DNA from: Candidatus Micrarchaeota archaeon
GTDB lineage: Archaea > Micrarchaeota > Micrarchaeia > Anstonellales > Bilamarchaeaceae
NCBI GenBank assembly: GCA_043821365.1
Contig: JBDRCX010000002.1
Location: 142,875-206,874 of the forward strand
Length of the DNA stretch: 64,000 nucleotides
Direction of reading: 5' to 3'
The notes under the pieces were generated by a model. That model searched no databases, had not been told where the DNA came from, and was given only the letters and a program-made list of their open reading frames with translations. Of the stretch, positions 57,563 through 64,000 are shown piece after piece. The position numbers were made by a program, and so were the translations under genes. The stretch's first letter is position 1; each line of letters opens with the position of its first letter.

Positions 57563-59605
57563 ATGGAACTCATAGTTGCAGAAAAACCAAAAGTAGCAGA
57601 AAAAATTGCAATGTCGATTGGAGAGAAAGTTCAGAGAAAGAGCCATAATGGTGTTTCCTATTATGAGGGAATCTCTCACGAGGGCGAGGAGATTGTTGTT
57701 GCACCAGCAGTTGGTCATGTTTACACACTAATTGAAAGAGAAAAAACACGTACATACCCTGTTTTTGATATCGAATGGGTTCCATCCTATCAAGTTTCGA
57801 AAACTGCCGCATATACCAAAGGCTATGTAGAAACAATACAAAAGCTTGCAAAAAAGGCAGATAGTTTTGTTTCTGCTTGTGACTATGATGTTGAAGGAAG
57901 CACAATAGCATATAATATTTTTCGTTTTGCAACAACCATCAGAGAAGGAAAAAGAATGAAGTTTTCTGCACTTACTAAAGATGACCTTGTTGATGCCTAC
58001 AGTGAACGTGGGGAATTTGATTATAATAATGCATATGCAGGAGAAGCAAGACACGTACTTGATTGGTATTATGGTATAAATCTAAGTCGTGCTTTGATGG
58101 GTGCTTTAAGCAAAGCTCATGGTTATAAGGTTCTTTCAATAGGGCGTGTACAAGGGCCTGCTCTTCATTTAATGTCTGGCCTTGAGAAAAATATCAGAGC
58201 ATTTATTTCAACTCCATATTGGGAAATAACTGCTAAGATAAAAGATGTTGATTTCAAGCACAAAAAAGACAGATTTTTGGCCGAGCCAGAAGCAGATTCT
58301 GCATTGGAAAATACAAAATCAACAGGTACTGTTAAAGAAGTTGATCAAAAACAACAAGAACTTACTGCTCGCCCTTGTTTTGATCTTACAAGCTTGCAAG
58401 TAGAAGCCTATCGTTTGTTTGGATATACTCCATCACGAACTCTTGAAATTTCTCAGACACTTTATGAAGCATCTCTAATTACCTATCCAAGAACATCATC
58501 CCAACAAATTCCACCATCAATAAAACTATCTCCCATAATAGCCGCACTTGGATCAAATCCAGATTATACTAAACTAGTTAAGAAAATCCAGGATAATAAA
58601 TGGTCAAAACCAATACAAGGAAAAAAATCTGATCCTGCACATCCTGCAATACATCCAACTGGTCAGCATAGTAAGATAGGAAAACAAGAACAGAATCTTT
58701 ACGATCTGATTGTAAGGAGATTTTTGGCATCATTTGCTCCAAAAGCAAAAAGAGAGAGAAATCGTGTTGATGTTGATTCTGGTGGTGAACTTTATAGTGC
58801 ATCAGGAAGTAGGTTAGTTGAGGCTGGCTGGACTGAATTTTATGGTAAATACTATAAATCCGAAGACACCGAGCTTCCAGCTTTCAAGGTTGGTGAAAAA
58901 GTTGATCTTAATTCAAAGAAAAAAACTAAAAAAGAAACAAAACCACCAAAAAGATATACACAAGCATCAATTGTTTCTGAACTTGAAAAACTTCATTTAG
59001 GTACAAAAGCAACTCGTTCAGTTATAATAGAAACGTTGTTTAAACGTGGATATACAACCGGTGCAAAATCAATTGAAGTTTCAGATTTCGGAATTAAGGT
59101 AACGGAGATTTTGGAAAAATATGCCCCAGAAATTCTTGATGAAAATCTGACAAGAAAAATAGAAGACGAGATGGAAGCAATTCAGGGTGGCAAAATCGAA
59201 AAAGAAAAAGTCATAGAAGAAGGAAAAGAATTCCTCACCCGAGTGCTTGATAAGTGGAAAAAGAATGAAGCAAAAATAGGGGCTGATTTGGCACAAGCAC
59301 TTAAACTAACTCAATATAATCAGAATATACTTGGTGCTTGTGATAAGTGTGATAAGCAACTTAGAATAATAAGAATGAGGGATAAAAGGCAATTCGTTGG
59401 ATGTACTGGCTATCCGAATTGTAAAAATGCATATCCACTTCCACCTGGTTCATACATACAACCAACTGGAAAACAATGTCCTTCTTGTAATAAGCCAACT
59501 ATAAACGTTAAAAAAGTTAGGACCAGATATACCATGTGTATTGATCCTAATTGTCCATCAAAGGCAGATTGGAAAAAACGTGGTTCTAATGAGAAAAATA
59601 GCTAA
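57563..59605 (+). CDS. topA: DNA topoisomerase I (type IA)
   Basis: LIVAEKP, ACDYDVEG, SIGRVQGP, ITYPRT (catalytic Tyr), GTKATR, C-terminal Zn ribbons; ATG 57563. Confidence 0.96.
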   Translation: MELIVAEKPKVAEKIAMSIGEKVQRKSHNGVSYYEGISHEGEEIVVAPAVGHVYTLIEREKTRTYPVFDIEWVPSYQVSKTAAYTKGYVETIQKLAKKADSFVSACDYDVEGSTIAYNIFRFATTIREGKRMKFSALTKDDLVDAYSERGEFDYNNAYAGEARHVLDWYYGINLSRALMGALSKAHGYKVLSIGRVQGPALHLMSGLEKNIRAFISTPYWEITAKIKDVDFKHKKDRFLAEPEADSALENTKSTGTVKEVDQKQQELTARPCFDLTSLQVEAYRLFGYTPSRTLEISQTLYEASLITYPRTSSQQIPPSIKLSPIIAALGSNPDYTKLVKKIQDNKWSKPIQGKKSDPAHPAIHPTGQHSKIGKQEQNLYDLIVRRFLASFAPKAKRERNRVDVDSGGELYSASGSRLVEAGWTEFYGKYYKSEDTELPAFKVGEKVDLNSKKKTKKETKPPKRYTQASIVSELEKLHLGTKATRSVIIETLFKRGYTTGAKSIEVSDFGIKVTEILEKYAPEILDENLTRKIEDEMEAIQGGKIEKEKVIEEGKEFLTRVLDKWKKNEAKIGADLAQALKLTQYNQNILGACDKCDKQLRIIRMRDKRQFVGCTGYPNCKNAYPLPPGSYIQPTGKQCPSCNKPTINVKKVRTRYTMCIDPNCPSKADWKKRGSNEKNS

Positions 59606-60785
59606 TTACGAAGTAAAAGGTAAAAAAATTCTAGTTCGTGTTGATTTGAATTGCCCAATAAAAAACGGAAAATTAGCAGGAGACACAAGACTTAGAGCGC
59701 ATGCAATTACCATCAAAGAACTTAGTGATCGTGGTGGAAGAGTTATTATACTGTCCCATCAAGGTCGCAAAGGCAAAGAGGATTTTACAAGCCTAGAACA
59801 ACATGCAAAACGTTTGCATCAATTAATTGGAAAAGATATTGCATTTGTTGATGCAGTGATAGGAGAACATACAGTTAATGCAATCAATAAACTAAAAGAT
59901 GGGGATATACTAGTTTTAGATAATGTTAGGCATCTTCATTGCGAAACTGAACATCCGCATGGTGAAGGAGAAATAGTATATCACCTTTCACAAGTTGCAG
60001 ATTATTATGTTCTAGATGCACTTTCTGTTGCACACAGAAAGCACTCGAGTGTTGTTGGTTTCTCAAAAAAGATACCATCATTTGCAGGAGATGTTCTTGC
60101 TGCTGAAGTTGAAGCAATAAAAAGAGTACAATCAGAGGGAAATGTTACGTTTATCTTTGGTGGGGCAAAAGTAGAAGATTCATTCAAGGTTATGAAAAAA
60201 TGGCTAGGAAATGGCAGGACAAATCACATACTTGTTGGGGGAGCACTTTCTGTTCTTATGTTGCATGCAGCAGGACATTCGGTTGGTGATTCACTAAATT
60301 ACCTCGATAGTTCTGGTCTTATGAAACACGTTCCAGATGCAAAACAAATCTTGCAAGATCATTCTAATAAATTAGTTCTTCCTGTTGATGTTGGTATATC
60401 ATTAGGTAAAAAGAGAATAGAATTACCAATAACTGAAGTTAGCTCCGGGGAAATATGGGACATAGGTGAAAAAACAATTGAAAAATACCGCGAGATAATA
60501 CATTCATCGAATACCATTGTCATGAATGGTCCACTTGGTGTTTATGAAGAAGATGAGTTTTCAAAAGGTACAAAAGCCATATTGAATGCAATTGCCAATT
60601 CAAAAGCATTTTCTTTATTGGGTGGTGGGCACACTATTTCTGCAATAGATAAATTTAATTTCAAGAAAAATCAATTTGGTTATGTGAGTTTGTCCGGGAA
60701 AGCTCTTGTTGAATATCTATGTGGTCACAAACTCCCGGGTATTGCTGCGCTTGATGAAAGCGAACAAGATTTCAAATTAGATTAG
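59589..60785 (+). CDS. pgk: Phosphoglycerate kinase
   Basis: RVDLNCP, SHQGR, AHRKHSS, GGAKVED, NGPLGVYE, GGGHT, SLSGKA; ATG 59589. Confidence 0.95.
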   Translation: MRKIANYEVKGKKILVRVDLNCPIKNGKLAGDTRLRAHAITIKELSDRGGRVIILSHQGRKGKEDFTSLEQHAKRLHQLIGKDIAFVDAVIGEHTVNAINKLKDGDILVLDNVRHLHCETEHPHGEGEIVYHLSQVADYYVLDALSVAHRKHSSVVGFSKKIPSFAGDVLAAEVEAIKRVQSEGNVTFIFGGAKVEDSFKVMKKWLGNGRTNHILVGGALSVLMLHAAGHSVGDSLNYLDSSGLMKHVPDAKQILQDHSNKLVLPVDVGISLGKKRIELPITEVSSGEIWDIGEKTIEKYREIIHSSNTIVMNGPLGVYEEDEFSKGTKAILNAIANSKAFSLLGGGHTISAIDKFNFKKNQFGYVSLSGKALVEYLCGHKLPGIAALDESEQDFKLD

Positions 60786-61861
60786 TTATTTGCATAATAA
60801 TCTGCTATTATATCTCTAGAAGTTACAACTCTAAAATTCTGTGCTGCATAGGCAACTATGGATTCGTAGTTTGCCCATTGCTGTTCTGTTTCTGCTTCTG
60901 TAAAGAATGTTATATCCCCACTTAAAGTCGTAATGTCATAAGGGGGGTTTTTTGGAATTGCCTGATCTCCGTCACCGTCTTTCCAATATACCCGTCTCCA
61001 ACCAGGAAGTTCGGCATAGAAATCATTTTCATGAACAATAACCAAACCATATCCTTCTACATTGGAAAATATCGTATGTGGGTTAACAACTTCTTTTAAT
61101 GGATCTACGGATCCAGACTCTCCATCTTCTGTAAACCAATAATATTTCTGCGTCTTCTCTTCAATTCCAAATTGTGATGGTCTGCTTAACAATCCTGGCG
61201 CTGCCATCTCAATTATATCCTCACTATGTTTTCTTACGTACATCTGCAATCCCATTTCCTTTAGGACTTTAAGCTCAGCATTTTTCAGTTCTGGCGTAAC
61301 TGCATTCAATCCTGCAACTATTGGTGCGTAGCCTATTCTTTCTTTTATATAGCTGTATCCTCCTTTTTCGTCATAGTTTAATGAACCGTCGCTTAAGTTT
61401 AGCTCATATGTTTCATAATCTGTCAATATGTTTTCTAACTCACTTTCTGTCATATTTTGCATTTCAAGAAAATAAGATGATTTGAATGTGACTGGATGCG
61501 GAGCTCTAATATGGAAAGATATGGTCATGTTTTTTGAAAGAAGCATTTCAAGAATTTCTGGATAATTCTGTTCATATGCTTTGAACGCAGGTTCAGTAAA
61601 ATAAAATTCTGCTTTTACATCATACTTGTCATAAATATCAAGAAGTCTTGTGAGAGTTTCTGCACTATTATTTAAGTGGTACCAATCATGTGTATTTATC
61701 ACAAATGTTATTGCCGGTTTACTAACATTGGGTGTTTTATTAAGAGTGGATATATTTGAACTTAAATTTGGTGAGAATGAACTAGTATTGCTCTCTTCTG
61801 TTTGTGTTATACAACCAACAAGAAAAAGAGCAAAACATATAGCCAAAATAATGTATTTCAT
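60782..61861 (-). CDS. Lipoprotein with polysaccharide deacetylase (NodB/CE4)-like fold
   Basis: LFLVGC lipobox, S/N/T linker, ITFVINTHD, VKAEFYF, SFHIRAPH, GLVIVHE. Confidence 0.55.
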   Translation of the reverse strand: MKYIILAICFALFLVGCITQTEESNTSSFSPNLSSNISTLNKTPNVSKPAITFVINTHDWYHLNNSAETLTRLLDIYDKYDVKAEFYFTEPAFKAYEQNYPEILEMLLSKNMTISFHIRAPHPVTFKSSYFLEMQNMTESELENILTDYETYELNLSDGSLNYDEKGGYSYIKERIGYAPIVAGLNAVTPELKNAELKVLKEMGLQMYVRKHSEDIIEMAAPGLLSRPSQFGIEEKTQKYYWFTEDGESGSVDPLKEVVNPHTIFSNVEGYGLVIVHENDFYAELPGWRRVYWKDGDGDQAIPKNPPYDITTLSGDITFFTEAETEQQWANYESIVAYAAQNFRVVTSRDIIADYYANN

Positions 61862-61942
61862 GTATTTTTTAGTATAGCAGAAGGTTTTTAAACTTCAGAA
61901 CTTCCATTTGTATTAGAAATTTGCCACTAACAGGTGTTTGCA

Positions 61943-63064
61943 ATGACCTTGAGTAAAGATATCGTTCAGAAACTACGTAAAAAACATGGCGATAATAAGG
62001 TTATTCTTTCACTAGAGGAAAAAGGGTTTTGCGTTGCAGTAATGAAAAATGGCGAAACTCGTGATTATGAAGCACGGGATATCAACGAATTCTTAATAAG
62101 AACAAAATCTTCTGATGTTGCCTGGGTAGATTATATAGTTGATGATCTACACGAAGGTGCCAATAAGGCAGCATTGGCATTTGGTTTTAGTGAACAATTA
62201 CTTTCTCCTCTTCTCAAAAGTGACCGAGCAGATTACTTTGATCTTGATAATGAACTTGGACTTCTCATACCAGCAATTATAGTTAAGGGATTTGATGTAA
62301 AAGTAAATTATCTTCTTGTATTAATGCGTAAAAATCTCGTAGTAACAATTCACACTACTGAAGTGAAAAGGTTCATTAGAATTAGAAGGTATGCTAAAAT
62401 CTTTATGAGGAAAATTAAACCCAACTTATCTCCTGAAGATAAGCTTACTATGATTCTAACAAGGATAATTGATGAAAATAATGCAAGGAATTTTGATCAT
62501 CTTCGTGAAATAGAAAGAAATTCAGATGACCTAAGTTCAAAGCTTGCTTCCATGAGTACTAATAGACAAGAAATAGGGCAAGAGATTCACCTAATGAAGC
62601 ATGCGCTCATAGAATATCTTAACGGGCTTTGGGAGACTGTGGACGTGTTGAACACTTTGCGTTATGGTGATCCAGAGCTTTTGTCTGATGATCCACTTTT
62701 GCTTCAGAGAATTGGTGCTCTTGTTTCAGAAGTTAATGGTCAGATTGGTTTGGCAGAGCACATGAGTGATGTTCTGGCAAGTGGCCTAGAAGTTATTCAG
62801 AGCATTTACAATAATCAACTACAGATTCTCAATAACAGGCTTGCATTGCTTGTTGCATATTTAACAATAATAGGTACTGCGTTGATAGTACCTAATACAA
62901 TAGCAACCATTTTCGGAACTCCATTCTTTACTAATGTAGTTAGTGAAGCAGATATGGGATGGTATATTAGTCTGATGTTGGCATCAACAGTAATCTCTGC
63001 AATTGGAGCATGGGCGTTCGTAAAATATATGGGTCTTCTTCCAAAAAGCGCAGATACGGACTGA
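61943..63064 (+). CDS. corA: CorA-family divalent cation transporter lacking GMN motif
   Basis: WVDY, NLVVTIH, long helical stalk, NQLQILNNRLALL, PNTIATIFGTP, two C-terminal TMs; ATG 61943. Confidence 0.82.
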   Translation: MTLSKDIVQKLRKKHGDNKVILSLEEKGFCVAVMKNGETRDYEARDINEFLIRTKSSDVAWVDYIVDDLHEGANKAALAFGFSEQLLSPLLKSDRADYFDLDNELGLLIPAIIVKGFDVKVNYLLVLMRKNLVVTIHTTEVKRFIRIRRYAKIFMRKIKPNLSPEDKLTMILTRIIDENNARNFDHLREIERNSDDLSSKLASMSTNRQEIGQEIHLMKHALIEYLNGLWETVDVLNTLRYGDPELLSDDPLLLQRIGALVSEVNGQIGLAEHMSDVLASGLEVIQSIYNNQLQILNNRLALLVAYLTIIGTALIVPNTIATIFGTPFFTNVVSEADMGWYISLMLASTVISAIGAWAFVKYMGLLPKSADTD

Positions 63065-63104
63065 TTGGGTCATTCTCGTAATATCAAGCAAAAGGCCAGC
63101 GAAA

Positions 63105-63116
63105 GATTTATAAATC
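63105..63116 (+). promoter_or_regulatory. TATA box of tfb promoter
   Basis: CGAAA-GATTTATAAATC: purine-rich BRE-like sequence then TTTATAAA; SD GGAGG at 63165-63169. Confidence 0.55.
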
Positions 63117-63176
63117 CCTGTCCCCATTAAAATCTTGCAAATTCTTTAAAATATTACTATTTGCGGAGGCATTATA

Positions 63177-64000
63177 ATGGGACAAACAGCAACAAAATGT
63201 CCAGAATGTAAAAGTAAGCGGATAGTTCGTGATTATGAGAAAGGCGAATTATTATGTTCTAGTTGTGGTTTGATAATTGCAGATAATATTCATGATATGG
63301 GGCCTGAATGGCGTGCTTTTGACGCTGAGCAAAAAGAGAAAAAAGCCCGTGGTGGCGCTCCAATTAAATATATGAGACCAAATAAAGGTCTTGTTACTGA
63401 GATAGATCAATATAACAGAGATATTAGGGGAGGTAAAATTTCTCCAAAGAAACAAGCACAGCTCTATAGAATGCGAAAATGGCATAAAAGAGTCTCCATT
63501 GCAACATCCATGGAAAGAAACTTGGTTATTGCATTAGCAGAACTTGATCGTGTTGCATCTTCGCTTGGTCTTCCTGAAAATATCAAGGAAAGTGCTGCAT
63601 TGCTTTACAGAAGAGCAGTGAAGGAAGAACTTATCAGAGGAAGATTGATTGAAAGCGTTGTTGCAGCAGTTATTTATGCTATTTGTAGGCTACAAGGAAT
63701 CCCGAGAACTCTTGATGAGATTTCAAGAGCATCTGGTATTGAGAAAAAGGAAATAGGTAGGGCATACAGATTCTTAAAAAGCGAATTGAAAGTTGATGTA
63801 CCCCTCACTGATCCAGCTCAATATGTTCCTAAGTTTGCAACTGCATTGAAACTTGGAGGTGATGTGCAGGAGGAATCAGTCAAGCTTATCAAAAAAGCTC
63901 TCAAAAAAGGTCTAATCTCTGGAAGAGGTCCAACTGGTGTTGCTGCAGCTGCACTATACATTGCAAGTGCAATGCATGGTGAAAAGAAAACTCAAAAAGA
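63177..64000 (+). CDS. tfb: Transcription initiation factor IIB, truncated at window end
   Basis: Manual translation MGQTATKCPECKS..CSSCG, IDMGPEWRAF, MERNL, GRLIES, SGRGPTGVAAAALY; absent from ORF track because it has no stop in window. Confidence 0.97.
   Translation, partial: MGQTATKCPECKSKRIVRDYEKGELLCSSCGLIIADNIHDMGPEWRAFDAEQKEKKARGGAPIKYMRPNKGLVTEIDQYNRDIRGGKISPKKQAQLYRMRKWHKRVSIATSMERNLVIALAELDRVASSLGLPENIKESAALLYRRAVKEELIRGRLIESVVAAVIYAICRLQGIPRTLDEISRASGIEKKEIGRAYRFLKSELKVDVPLTDPAQYVPKFATALKLGGDVQEESVKLIKKALKKGLISGRGPTGVAAAALYIASAMHGEKKTQK

Noticed and set aside
1-64000. Transposases, integrases, rRNA, RuBisCO, selenocysteine/pyrrolysine read-through, or frameshifted pseudogenes
   Set aside because: None were recognised. 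All major ORFs are intact and the remaining gaps are short intergenic regions.

Overview
A 64 kb, low-GC, gene-dense archaeal chromosome segment. Archaeal markers are aIF-1A, aIF-2beta, TFB, uL1/P0/P1, eL41 and an intron-containing tRNA-Tyr. The gene repertoire suggests a DPANN lineage, most likely Micrarchaeota, but this is inference. It is metabolically rich for DPANN: AMP phosphorylase plus R15P isomerase, a full glycine-cleavage/lipoate cluster, argF-carA-X-carB, PurL, AhcY and PGK. It also holds a ~10 kb glycosylation locus, a MacB-type ABC system, topA, CorA and several secreted orphan proteins. I saw no CRISPR array, transposase or rRNA. The most unusual signals are non-coding. (1) A ~90-nt twin-hairpin cassette with compensatory stem changes sits in sense orientation directly upstream of the SD sequence of both argS and aIF-1A. 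(2) An array of seven hairpins with repeated SD/start units lies between aIF-2beta and aIF-1A. Notable protein oddities are a probable 12-strand outer-membrane-type beta-barrel, two adjacent NlpC/P60-like enzymes, a CoADR/NOX-type flavoprotein heading the gcv operon, a Zn-finger gene inside carA-carB, a half-length Rqc2, a CorA lacking GMN, and a 37-aa eL41 missed by the ORF track. All calls are by-eye motif recognition; no database searches were run.
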